From positions 6,353,933-6,380,399 of the forward strand of contig NC_057749.1 in the NCBI RefSeq assembly GCF_004010195.1: a stretch of DNA of 26,467 bases. Reading direction: 5' to 3'. The translations under genes and the position numbers were made by a program. Position 1 is the stretch's first letter. The number at the start of each line of letters is the position of its first letter. Of the stretch, positions 1 to 10,322 are shown one piece after another. A model generated the notes under the pieces. That model worked only from the letters and a program-made list of their open reading frames with translations. It had not been told where the DNA came from and ran no database searches. Origin of the DNA: Chiloscyllium plagiosum (lineage: Eukaryota).

Positions 1-1167
1 ACACAGAAGAGATTCTATGAATTTAGCCAGACAGCCTTGAATAATGAGTGACCAGACTGGTATGTGTACAACTCCCCAAATGTGTTCCTGTGAACGCGCT
101 GACTGGCAGCATTGTGCCCACAGTCTGTAGAGGTACAGACCCTCCAGCATGGCAGTCCCAACTGAACACCAAACCATGCTCATGTCCCTGAACTGAATTT
201 GGAAGCTGCCCTTGACTTATAGCATCAGGACACCCTGACTGAAGGTTGTCACCGTGAACTTGGCTGGGGAATACTACCCTTGGACTTTGATGCCATGGCT
301 GTGGGATTGCTGCATAATCTGTCAGCACATGGCGCAAGAGTGGTGTTGACATAGCCATACGGCAGCATGTCCTCCCCCTTGCCTGATCACTGTTGACCAC
401 CATGACAAGCTGTCTGGCATTGTGTCTTGACAAGGTGGAGGAATTGCTCTGGCTGAGGGAGCAAAGGGCAAAAATTCAAGGCATGGTTGAGCATCTAGGT
501 AGGTGCTAAGGGAATGCGCACTAAGGGAGCACATGAGCAGCCCTGGTCCAATCTATGAGATAGGTGCAAAGCATCCTTTCAAAGAGAGGTGTTAGTGTGC
601 TCCAAACAAGGGCAGCCTCAGAATGTAAGTGCATCGGTCATGTCCTGTGGTTGTATGGAGAGGCCAGTACATGTCATATGCCAGTATGCATGACATGAGA
701 TGCATGCGGCCTCTTCCAATGGAGTGTATCCTGAGATGCCAAGTATTCAAGATGGAGGCTGGGATGAAAGTTGGGTACCACTTTGACTTTAATATTGGGA
801 ATTCTTGGCATCTTGTTTCTATCTGGGAGGTTATAGAATTGGAACCAGTGTATTAATGAGGCAAGGTTAGGTAGTATAGGGCAGTGATATTGATCTGGGT
901 GGAATACTCTTTGGAAGGTCAGTGTGGACACAATGGTGCAGGCCATTGAGCCATTTGGCCCATCATTAGGCCCCTGACTATTCATGAGTGAGAATCTCCT
1001 TCTGCCATCCAGAACTTTGTTGGAAGATGTGACTTCTTTGCTCCCAGTGTTGAGAAAGGCCTCACTCAACTTCTTACATGATTCTGCCAAATCTCTCATC
1101 ATAGCCTACATCATTCAGGGCCCAGGAAAGTTTTGTCCCATGAATCTGCAGCTTATGATTCTGAAAA

Positions 1168-1760
1168 AGTCTGTCTACCATCTACAAGGCACAAGTCAAG
1201 AGTGTAATGGAATACTGCCCACTTGCCTGGATGGGTGCAGCTCCAACAACACTCAGGAAGCTCAACACCATCCAGCACAAAACAGCCTGCTCAATTGAGA
1301 CCACATCGAGAAACATTCATTCTCTCCACCATTGATGCTCAGTAGCAGAGGTATGCACCATTTACAAGATGCACTGCAGAAAGTAGCCAAAAATTGTTAG
1401 GCAGCACCTTCCAAACCCACAACCACACCACCTATCTGTATCTTCAAGATATAGCTGACTATAATTAATCAATTATTGAATCATTTGTTCATTCATTCAT
1501 TCATCTCTCCTGGTAAAGGTAGCTGATAAATGGAAACACCACCCACTGCATGTTCCCCTCCAAGCTACTCACAATCTCGACTTGAAAACTTATCTCCATT
1601 CTCTGTGTTGCTGGGTCAAAACCCCTGAACTCCCTCCCTCATGGCTTTGTGGGTGTACCTACACTGAATGGAGTGCAGTGTTTCAAGAAGCAATTCACTA
1701 CCACTTTCTGAAGGGCAACCCGGGACATATCATCCAGTAATGCCTTCATCCAATGACTCA
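1168..1760 (+). mobile_element. Degenerate 3' end of a non-LTR retrotransposon (CR1/L2-group, 'LINE family 2'), interrupted by about 80 bp at ~1437-1515
   Basis: Translates to LSTIYKAQVKSVMEYCPLAWMGAAPTTLRKLNTIQHKTA...NIHSLHH, typical of the ORF2 region just after the RT domain. The same sequence recurs at 20122-20682. Confidence 0.8.
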
Positions 1761-1886
1761 ATTCTTAACAAAGCTAAGGCCAATCAACGTTCTGGATAGA
1801 CTGAGGATAATATCCTGTCAGAAGTTTGAAGTCAGATCCTAACTACCAATCAGCTGTGCAACAGCGACAGGGCGTGATAATATGGA

Positions 1887-1975
1887 ACAAAACCAGGGAG
1901 TGCTGGAGAAACTCAGTCGATCTGGTAGCATCTGCAGAGAGAGAAAAACAGAGTTAACATTTTGAGTCCTTTGAT
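1887..1975 (-). mobile_element. Old PLE terminal-repeat fragment
   Basis: GTGCTGGAGAAACTCAG...GCATCTGCAGAGAGAG...CAGAGTTAACATTT; related to 16617-16745 and to the reverse complement of the PLE tails at 7566 and 9564. Confidence 0.6.
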
Positions 1976-2482
1976 GTGGAGTGAAAATAGCTGGGAAATT
2001 ATGGTTTTATGCTAATGAAGGATTGGGGGAGTGAATAAAGTATGCAGAAATAAAACATATTTGTGAAAACAAAAATGCCCTGTGCAATACCTAAATCAAA
2101 ATCTGAGTATTATGAAGCTATTTATTCGGTGCTATTTCTGTACAAAGTTCATGATTTGTGATAATTTACTGCAGAGTGTGTTATAATGTTAACTGTAGTC
2201 ATAACCTATAATAGCCTGAATCATGTTTTACAAACTGCCTTCTCTAATTATTACAATTATACAAATGCAAATGGATGTTGGAGACTAATTAATAGAGATT
2301 GATTGCTCTGAATAGTCAACAACTCCATTGTTGCTGTGTATCAGAATGGAAGAAGGTAAATTAGATGGTCTTGTTCTTTTTATGTTGTCTAGCAATTGCT
2401 ATGTTTCTCTCGGATGGGACAGAGTACGTGGCATCTTATATTGCCAACCGTAAATATTGAAGTAGTCTTCTTGGACTGCAAT

Positions 2483-2690
2483 TTGGAATTCATGACCATA
2501 GAAAGCTTTTGAGGTAAAAAAATTGAATAGTTTCAAGAAGTTAGATGTAGTTCTTAGAGTTAAAGGGTATGGGAAGAAAGTGAGAATAAGGTTCTGAGTT
2601 GGATGTTCAGTCATAATCACATTTAATGGCAGAACAGGCTCAAAGAGCTGAAGGCCTACATTGCTCTTATTTTGTATGTTTCTGTGTTTC
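2483..2690 (+). mobile_element. CR1/HER1 LINE 3' end
   Basis: Degenerate CR1 tail (TCAGTCATAATCACATTTAATGGCAGAACAGGCTC...GGCCTAC) ending in TATGTTTC-type repeats. Confidence 0.75.
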
Positions 2691-3142
2691 CAAGTTAAAT
2701 GCTGCACACGTTATATTGTTTAGTACACACTTTTACACTGATGGACTTTTCCCCACTCTGTGTATGAATTTGCATGGAGTCTACTGCACAGAATCAGGCC
2801 ATTCAGACCATCAGCTTCATTCGATACTCCACCCAAGCCAATGGTCTGAGGGAAGATCAGTTGGATCACTGAGATGACTCCTCCTCAGGCCCCGCTCAAG
2901 TATCTCACATTGTGGTCTCTTTACCAGCTATTTAAGCAGTGTGAAGAGATGCTCACATCTGAAGCATGAATTAAAACAAAAACTTCACAAAATGGACACT
3001 AAACAATGTTATCTTCAGCCCAGAGTGACATACCAAGAATGGGGAACAAAGGTTTCCTTCTTGTTTCTATTTTCACTTAAGACTTTTAGATTTTCAATTG
3101 CCAGGCTTGAATCACCAAGTTTAGCAATGCATATTCTGCATA

Positions 3143-3236
3143 TCATTCCTATTGAAGGGCTTATGCCCGAAACATCGATTCTCCTGCTCCTCAGACGCTG
3201 CATGGCTTGCTGTGCTTTTCCAGATCCATACTTTTC
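3143..3236 (+). mobile_element. PLE terminal-repeat fragment with a mutated hammerhead core
   Basis: ATTCCTATTGAAGGGCTTATGCCCGAAACATCGATT aligns to the 7600 and 9600 copies, but CTGATGA has become CTATTGA. Confidence 0.8.
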
Positions 3237-3533
3237 TTAGATTTAGATTAGATTACTTACAGTGTGGAAACAGGCCCTTCGGCCCAATAAGTCCACACTG
3301 ACCCTCTGAAGAGCAACCCACCCAGACCCATTCCCCTACATTGACCCCTTCACCGAACACGATGGCCAATTCACCTGACCTACACATTTTTGGACTGTGG
3401 GAGGAAACCGGAGCACCCGGAAGAAACCCACACAGACACTGGAAGAATGTGCAAACTCCACACACAGTTGCCTGAGGTGGGAATTGAACCCGGGTCTCCG
3501 GCGCTGTGAGGCAGCACTGCCACCGTGCCGCCC
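3237..3533 (-). mobile_element. HE1-type tRNA-derived SINE (V-SINE)
   Basis: tRNA-like head with B box GGTTCAATTCC, V-domain core (TGTGTGGAGTTTGCACATTC...GGTTTCCTCCCACAGTCC), HER1-like tail and AATCT repeats. Confidence 0.92.
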
Positions 3534-3825
3534 AACCGACTGCATGTTATTTCAGGATACCAAATGCTATGCCCAGAGATACTTCTTGGCATATATATAA
3601 TTACTATGTACACAAATGCATTTTATTTTTACATTTGCAATTAACCTAATCAAATTCCTGCCTCCTCAAAATGTGCAAAATGTTAAATTTCTAATAATTC
3701 TGGTTAGCACTATCTCTGATGTTTATGGTCCTTTGTTTTAGCTTTTCAAAAGGCAGCAATCAATTGTGTGAAATTCTGATTTGTTATGTATTCATTGCTG
3801 TAAAATTGTAAATCCTGTTACTCAC

Positions 3826-3935
3826 TTGTGAAAGTAGCGTCCACTGTGCTACAAAACATTGTGGTCCATGTATGCCTTGGCTGACAAAGCTACCTTCCCC
3901 AGAGATAGCAGCAACTATAACTTGCAAAGTGCAAT
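3826..3935 (-). CDS. Candidate exon (DCTLQVIVAAISGEGSFVSQGIHGPQCFVAQWTLLSQ), product unknown
   Basis: Pyrimidine tract plus AAG acceptor; GTGAGT donor; only one frame is open, and it is phase-compatible with 4547-4610. Confidence 0.2.
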
Positions 3936-4013
3936 CTTAGCAAAACCAAAAGAGGAATACATCAGCTGGAAACTTTTCCTTAAATCCATCACTCATGCAG
4001 GATGCAATTAAGA

Positions 4014-4440
4014 GGGGCAGCAAAGTGGCTCACAACACCAGGGACCTGGGTTTGATTTCAACCTTGGGCTGTGTGGAGTTTTTGTGTTAAAATCGTAAGA
4101 CCATAAGACATAGGAGCAGAAATTAGGCCATTCAGCCCATTCAGCTCCACCACTCAATCATAGCTGATATGTTTCTCAACCCTATTCTCCCGCTTTCCCC
4201 TTGATCCCCTTCCCCACGTCGGCATGGGTTTCCTCCCACAGTCTAAAGATGTGCAGGTTAGGTGGATTGGCCATAGGAAATTGCTCATAGATTCCAGGGA
4301 TGTGCAGACTAGGTGGATTAACCATGGGAAACATGGGGTTGAGGGTTTAAGGAGTGGGTCAAGATGGGATGCTCTTAAGAGGGTTGGTGTGGATTTGACA
4401 GGCTGAATGGCCTGCTTCCTCCCTGTAGGGATTCCATGAA
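4014..4440 (+). mobile_element. HE1-type SINE interrupted by a CR1 tail
   Basis: Head at 4014-4080; V-domain and tail resume at ~4205 (GGGTTTCCTCCCACAGTCTAAAGATGTGCAGGTTAGG). Confidence 0.85.
4096..4200 (-). mobile_element. CR1/HER1 3' tail fragment
   Basis: TAAGACCATAAGACATAGGAGCAGAAATTAGGCCATTCAGCCC is the reverse complement of a CR1 3' terminus. Confidence 0.8.
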
Positions 4441-4546
4441 AAAAAAAAGGATGCAATATGAACACACAGACAACCCAAAGCAACTACTCCTAGATGGGTG
4501 CAAAAAACACTCAGTTATACTAACATTAATAAGATACAAAGCTTAC

Positions 4547-4610
4547 CTTTTCCCACATCTCCAGTCCAAGTTTTGATAGTGAATATGGCACAGAGTAACA
4601 CAAACCATCC
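4547..4610 (-). CDS. Candidate exon, frame ambiguous (e.g. GWFVLLCAIFTIKTWTGDVGK or DGLCYSVPYSLSKLGLEMWEK)
   Basis: Strong AAG|GTAAGC donor; CAG acceptor with a weak pyrimidine tract; all three frames are open. Confidence 0.25.
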
Positions 4611-4639
4611 CTGAGTTTTGAAGTATACACAACTTTTAC

Positions 4640-4960
4640 AGGGCACAACAAGGTAAATGTAGGGCAGATGTTTCTGCTGTCTGGGGGGTCTTGAACCAGG
4701 GGTATGGTCTCAGAATAAGAGATAGGCCATTGTAGAGTGAGATGAGGAAGAATTCCGTCACTCTGAGGGAGGTTAGTCTTTGGAATCCTGTACCTCAGAG
4801 GGCTGTTGAGGCTCTGTCATTGAGTCTATTCAGGACAGAGATCTATAGATCACTAAGTGTTGGAGAATTCAATGGATACAAGGATTGTGCAGAGGAGATC
4901 AGCCATGATCTAGCTGAATGATGAAGCAGGCTTAATTAGCTTACCCCTGCTCCTATGTTT
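4640..4960 (+). mobile_element. CR1/HER1 LINE 3' fragment
   Basis: Degenerate ORF2 C-terminus (EMRKNSVTLREVSLWN) plus tail GATCAGCCATGATCTAGCTGAATG...CCTGCTCCTATG. Confidence 0.8.
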
Positions 4961-5068
4961 ACCTCACTGACGGAAAGCACTCGTGATATAGGTCAAATAG
5001 TGACATGTGTTCAATTTCCTTCATGCATTTCCTGGAGAGAAATTATACGCTCCTAAAAGGAAATACAC

Positions 5069-5104
5069 CTCTTTGATCTTCTCCATAGTCCCCTTGCCAT
5101 CTTG
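5069..5104 (-). CDS. Candidate 36-nt exon (QDGKGTMEKIKE, or an ATG start MARGLWRRSK)
   Basis: TTTCCCTCTGTCGTTAG acceptor, purine-rich body, weak GAG|GTGTAT donor. Confidence 0.15.
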
Positions 5105-5440
5105 CTAACGACAGAGGGAAACTGAAATTGATGAACACTTAGATTGCATTAAATAATATTCCAGTTTAAATGATAGGACCTTTGGGTAATTAAGCTGCAA
5201 TCTTCAATACCAATTTAATTAAACATTTTTCCTGATTTCATTTGATTCTGCTGTTTTGTAAATTCCTTTTAAAGGGCTTAATGAATGGATAAACCTGATG
5301 GGAATATTTATGGCTTATTACAATGTTCCGTCGGCTCGCACATTGTTCATGCAGATGTACTTAGTGTCATGTGTAGATCTCAGGAATTAAAAACAGAAAT
5401 TTATGGCTGAGGCCTTGGGTGTTTTAGGATAGATAGGATG

Positions 5441-5545
5441 GGAACATAGAAACATGGGAACTTAGGAAACAGGAACATTGTGCCCCTCCACCTTTCTCCG
5501 CTGTTCAGCTGGATCATCTATCTTAATGCTATTTTCCATTTTATT
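5441..5545 (-). mobile_element. Old CR1 3' tail fragment
   Basis: GAACATAGAAACAT repeats followed by degenerate tail sequence. Confidence 0.5.
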
Positions 5546-5724
5546 CTCAATTTAGCAACATCAGTGTGTGTCGTAGTGTGGCACACTTGCACGCACTAGA
5601 AGCTACAAGTATTAGCTAAGGGGACCCTCGTCTTAGCCAACAGAAAGAACAAGTACACACTCTGTGCCTGTTTCACCTCAACAAAACAGGCGATTGTCAT
5701 TAGCAAGTTGGCCAAGTGGACCTA

Positions 5725-6828
5725 TTGGCTCAGCGGTGTTATCACTAGACTATTAATCCAGAAACTCAACTTATAGAACATAAGAACTAGGAGCAGGAGT
5801 GGGCCATCTGGCCCATTGAGCCTGCTCCACCATTCAATAAGATCATGGTTGATCTTTTCATGGACTCAGCTCCACTTATCTTCCCTCTCATTATAACCCT
5901 TAATTCCTTTACTGTTCAAAAATTATCTATCTTAGCTTCAAAAACATTTATTGAAGTAATGCCAACTGGGCAAGGAATTCCACAGATTCACAACCCTCTG
6001 GGTGAAGAAGTTCCTACTCAATTCAGTCCTAAATCTGTTCCCCTTTAATTTTGAGGCTATGCCCCTTGTCCTCGTTTCACCTGCCAGTGGAAACATCCTC
6101 TCTACTTCCATCTTACCTATTCCCTTCATCATTTTATATTTTTCTATAATATCCCCCCTCATTCTTCTAAATTCCAATGAATATAATCCCAATCTACTCA
6201 GTCTCTCCTCATAAGCCAACCCCCTCAACTCCAGAATCAACCTAGTGAACCTCTTCTGCACCCTCACCAATGCCAGTACATCCTTTCTCAAGTAATGAGG
6301 CCAAAACTGCATGCAGTACTCCAGGTGTAGCCTCACCAGCACCTTGGACAGCTGTAACATTAACTTCCTACTTTTAAGCTCAATCCCTTTAGCAATGAAG
6401 GACAAAATTCCATTTGCCTTCTTAATTACCTTGCAGACCAACCTTCTGTGATTCATGCATAAGGGCACCAGGTCCATCTGCACAGCAACATGTTGCAATT
6501 TTGGTCCAGTATATTATCCATTTACTTTGGCATTGCTTGCAGATGGTTCTGGGGATCTGGGTTCAAATCCCAACATGGCAGATGGTAGAATTTAAATTCA
6601 ATTAAAGAATCCAGAATTAAGAATCAACTGATGACCATGAAGCCATTGTCAGTTACCGGGAAAAACCTACCTGGTTCACTAATGTCCTTTAGGGAAGGAA
6701 TTCTGCCATTCTTACCTGGTCTGGACTATATATGACTCCAGATCCACAGAAATGTGGTTGACTCTTAACTTCCCAATGGACAATAAATGCTGGCCTAGCC
6801 AGAGATACCCACATCCCATGAGTGAACT
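5725..6828 (+). mobile_element. tRNA-derived SINE (family 2, tail shared with LINE family 2) split by a CR1 insertion
   Basis: Head at 5725-5770; body resumes at ~6546 with B box GGTTCAAATCC and ends CAATAAATGCTGGCCTAGCCAG...CCCACATCCCATGAGTGAA. Confidence 0.8.
5772..6500 (-). mobile_element. 5'-truncated CR1/HER1 LINE
   Basis: ORF 5938-6498 (VRLHLEYCMQFW...VQKRFTRLI...LGLYSLEFRRMRGD...FFTQRVVNLWNSLP) is the CR1 ORF2 C-terminus; the 3' tail has AGAACATA repeats. Confidence 0.95.
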
Positions 6829-6854
6829 AGAGAAAGCTAATTTAGCTGGACAAT

Positions 6855-7105
6855 GAGTTGACCAATCAGAGTCCACCTGCCTGGTTTAAAACTTGAAACA
6901 AAGTTTGACAGTTAACTGTCAGTCATCGGCATCAATTGATGCATTCTCCATGGTAACACCTCAAATAGCCAGAGTTTACTTAATAATTATTCAGCACTTT
7001 CTTCGTGTATGGTATTTCAGCCATTTACTTTGGTATTGCTTACAGATTGTACTGATGAGTACAAGACAAATTGTTTCCACAAAATGTGCCTTTTTTCAGC
7101 AATAC
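6855..7105 (+). mobile_element. Dispersed repeat, probably a second PLE-derived family with a decayed hammerhead
   Basis: Homologous to 22645-22872 (CAGTTAACTGTCAGTCATC...CATTCTCCATGG); CTGATGA at 7052-7058. Confidence 0.55.
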
Positions 7106-7565
7106 TGTACTACCTACTTGTTCCCTTATCCCTTGACATTTTTACCGTCAGGAAATCTATTCATCTCTGTCTTGATTGAACTCAGTAACTGAAATCCCAC
7201 AAACCACTGGGGACTCTTGGCATAGCATATAGTCTGAAAATAAGATCAAGACCATTCAAGTTTAAACCGAGGAAACAATTGTCAATTTTAAAATCGAGAC
7301 TGGTGGATTTTTGGTGTTAAAGAATATGGAGCAAAGGGGCAAACATGGAGTTAGGGCACAGGAAAGATGCTACAGGAAAGATGTTGTGAAACTTGAAAGT
7401 GTTGAGAAGAGATTTACAAGGATGTTGCCAGGGTTAGCGGGTTTGAGCTATGGGGAGAGACTGAATAGACTGGGGCTGTTTTCTCTGGAATGTTGGAGGC
7501 TGAAAGGTGACCTTATAGAGGTTTATAAAATCATGAGAGGTATGGATAGGGTCAATAGCCAAGGT

Positions 7566-7733
7566 CTAAATTAGAGTGGTGCTGGAAAAGCACAGCAGGA
7601 TTCCTGATGAAGGGCTTTTGCCCGAAACGTCGATTTTCCTGCTCCTCGGGTGCTACCTGACATGCTGTGCTTTTTCAGTACCACTCTAATCTAGACTCTG
7701 GTTTCCAGCATCTGCAGTTCTTGTTTTTATCTT
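7566..7733 (+). mobile_element. Short PLE insertion (terminal repeat with 5' inverted segment) with 14-bp TSD
   Basis: TCAATAGCCAAGGT at 7552-7565 and 7734-7747; 7565-7597 is the inverted complement of 7663-7695 (3 mismatches in 33). Confidence 0.9.
7600..7635 (+). ncRNA. Minimal type I hammerhead ribozyme motif
   Basis: CTGATGA(7604-7610)-A-GGGC/TTTT/GCCC-GAAA-CGTC; imperfect stem I (ATTC/GATT). Confidence 0.75.
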
Positions 7734-8689
7734 TCAATAGCCAAGGTATTTTCTCTAGGAGAAGGAAATCCAAAACTAGAGGTCATAGGTTTAAGGTGAG
7801 GGGAAAGATTTAAAAGGGACCTAAGGGGCAGCTTTTTCATGCAGAGGGTGGTGCGTGTATGAAATGAGCTGGCAAAGGACATGGTGGAGGCTGGTACAAT
7901 TACAACATCTAAAAGGCTTCAGGATGGGTACATGAACGGGAAACGTTTAGAGAGATCTGGGCCAAATGCAGGTAAATGGGATTAGATTAATTTAGGATAT
8001 TTGGTGAGCATGGACGAGTTAGACTGAGAAGTCTGTTTTCAAGCTGTACATCTCTATGACTCTATGTAGATCAGCACTGGTCTGATTGAATGGTAAAACA
8101 CATTTATGGAGTGAAATAATCTCCTCCTGTTCCTATAAATGAGACCTGCAGACAGTGGATGAAGGTGAGCTATTCATTCACATGAGCTGTAGGGATAAAG
8201 TTTATCTTACACATTCAAGATCACTTCCTGTACTATTTTAGTTTCATATTTATATAGCACATAATCATGTGCTTTGAACATCCCACTGGATTCCTGTCTT
8301 CCAGCTATCCCTGCCCACACAATGAGGAAACAACAAGTCATTGTGGGACCATTCTCAGATATTAGTCTCTACCACATTCACCTGCACAGCGACAATGTCA
8401 AGAGTAGGAAATGGTGCGTCAAAGGGAAGAGATACCAATTTTCTAATATAAGAGACACATGCCGAACTGTGCCAGAAAAGCTGGGAGGTTAATATTAATA
8501 TTTATGCAGTCTGTAGAGCATAAGTACTGTGAAAGGCATTGCGTAGAGCAAACGTGTTTACCACACAGTCCCCACCATTCACCCCATTTATTTTTACCAT
8601 AGGCAGCTCCTAATGTTGTGCAAATGCTGCATAGCCATTAAACTTATTTTCTAAATACAAACAACTGTAAGATAATGTAACTTTATTTT

Positions 8690-8828
8690 TCTGTATTCCT
8701 CTGTTTTGTCTCTAAGATTTGTACCTGGGAACTTTCTACATAAGATGGCACTGTGAGGGGCAATGTTGAAATTTTCTTCTGTACTCCTGTAATTGAGTAC
8801 ATGTGACAATAAACCTAATTCAATTCAT
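8690..8828 (+). mobile_element. Retroposon 3' end (Rex1/Babar-like tail)
   Basis: ...GTACATGTGACAATAAACCTAATTCAATTCA; similar to 10150-10322 and to the reverse complement of 25564-25625. Confidence 0.55.
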
Positions 8829-9315
8829 CCTAAGGCCCAACTAGAAAGGGCGTGATTTATAAGGTTGGTTATTACTAAAGAGAAATAAATGCTGGTCTTT
8901 TCAGTGATGCTCACATCCCACAAATGAATGAAGATAGGAATTAAACACATCAGCTATTATGGTGAGCTTTCTAACTCCTTTATTGCTGTACAATATTTGC
9001 CAATGGGAAATATTCAATGTTCATCTGCAACAGGTTTCCAGGAAAGGGCTGTTTCTGTTTTGCAAATACTAGCATGGCCAGGCCTGCTCATACTGTGTGC
9101 ATCTGTGAAAAAACACTGTGAATGCCATCTAGTGACAAAATACATAATAATTCAAACTGAAGAACTATAGCACATGCATTCACCCTTGCAGAAGACTCTC
9201 CTATGTCATTTTAATGTTATTGTAAATTCACTTGCAATGTTCACACTGAAGACAACAGCTCTCATGTGCTATAACATTAATTACAAATTACAAGTCCTGG
9301 AACACCGCAACTTAC

Positions 9316-9422
9316 CTTGGTGTAGCTGAGTGCTGGTGCAGAGTGGACTGGAGGCTTGGAGAGGAGAGGGGCAGTTATTGGACTGGAGTCCAGTGCGAGC
9401 GGTGTCGTGGAAGTTAAATCGA
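9316..9422 (-). other. Exon-like segment: coding (VDLTSTTPLALDSSPITAPLLSKPPVHSAPALSYTK) or a non-coding first exon
   Basis: GC-richer unique island in AT-rich flanks ending in AAG|GTAAGT, a consensus donor; the acceptor is weak (AAG). Confidence 0.4.
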
Positions 9423-9563
9423 CTTGACTCAATGATTAACAATAGCAAAGAAAGGAGCTTTATTTAAATTCAGCAGAATTGACCCCAGTACATTCAGCTA
9501 AGTGCCTCAATGTAAGGGGTATCTGAGCATTGTTCAGATACTTGCCTTATACTGTTTCTTATC

Positions 9564-9728
9564 TTCCTTTTATCTTCTCCTGCTGAACACTCTCTGCTCA
9601 TTCCTGAAGAAGGGCATGTGCCCGAAACGTCGAATCTTCTGTTCCCTAGATGCTGCCTGACCTGCTGTGCTGTTCGAGCAATAAAGTTTCAGCTTTGATC
9701 TCCAGCGTCTGCAGACCTCACTTTCTCC
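9564..9728 (+). mobile_element. Short PLE insertion with 13-bp TSD
   Basis: ACTGTTTCTTATC at 9551-9563 and 9729-9741; body homologous to 7600-7730. Confidence 0.9.
9600..9635 (+). ncRNA. Minimal type I hammerhead ribozyme motif
   Basis: ATTC-CTGAAGA-A-GGGC/ATGT/GCCC-GAAA-CGTC-GAAT; perfect 4-bp stem I and 4-bp stem II; GUC cleavage triplet. Confidence 0.8.
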
Positions 9729-10149
9729 ACTGTTTCTTATCACCCTCTCAAGGGCAAAGACTGGGAAAACTCAAGTTGTTATTCTCTCATCCCCTGGTCT
9801 TGGACATAACAACAGTCCTCCAGCTTTCGCTGAGTTCGACTATCTCAAGGTCAAGTTGAATGTTTACAAAAATTCAAACAGAGACAAGGTGGCTGCAGAC
9901 CTCATCAAAGTATTGTTTACAAAGCTCAGCACAGCATTAAATTTTAGAAAGGCTTTCTCTTTCAAATTTCACAGTAAATGTAAAATTTCTTATAAATGTA
10001 AAATTTCTTAATTTTCCATTACAGGGTCAGACCACATGCTGAGTTGCTGCTACTTGAAATTCTTGACCAGACTATAATGTCAATTCTTTAACTATGTTTA
10101 ACTATCCTACTCCTAATTTTGTTTTTAGACACTGCAAGTAATGCTACTA

Positions 10150-10322
10150 CTTTTCCTTTTATTCCTCTTTTGTATTCAAGGTTTGTACCTCTGAACTTGT
10201 ACCTAAGATGACACCATTAGAGGCAGCCATTGTAAAAACTTTTCACTGTGCTCCCATACTTCTGTGCTGGGGGACACATGACAATAAAGGATATTCTATT
10301 CTATTCTATTCTAAAATTCTAT
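10150..10322 (+). mobile_element. Retroposon 3' end (Rex1/Babar-like tail)
   Basis: CTTTTCACTGTG...CACATGACAATAAA followed by (ATTCT)n. Confidence 0.6.

Larger units (their letters stand above)
7366..8066 (+). mobile_element. 5'-truncated HER1/CR1 LINE
   Basis: YRKDVVKLESVEKRFTRMLPGL...LGLFSLECWRLKGDLIEVYKIMRG; tail CTCTATGACTCTATG. Confidence 0.95.
7220..8136 (+). mobile_element. Older CR1 3' fragment (7220-7360 and 8067-8136) split by a younger HER1 copy
   Basis: ...ATGGAGTTAGG at ~7350 continues as TAGATCAGC...TGATTGAATGG...CTCCTGTTCCTAT after 8066. Confidence 0.6.

Noticed and set aside
3253..3613. Overlapping ORFs such as CVWSLHILPVSVWVSSGCSGFLPQSK (also near 10567, 15838, 16847, 20364, 21357)
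   Set aside because: These are translations of the HE1 SINE body, not genes.
5938..6498. Longest ORF (186 aa)
   Set aside because: It is the CR1 ORF2 C-terminal remnant.
8382..8442. Minus-strand exon-like segment
   Set aside because: Weak GTGAAT donor; it fits only an alternative frame, with no independent support.
7604..9610. The two intact hammerhead cores are exactly 2000 bp apart
   Set aside because: They are independent insertions with different TSDs; the spacing is coincidental.
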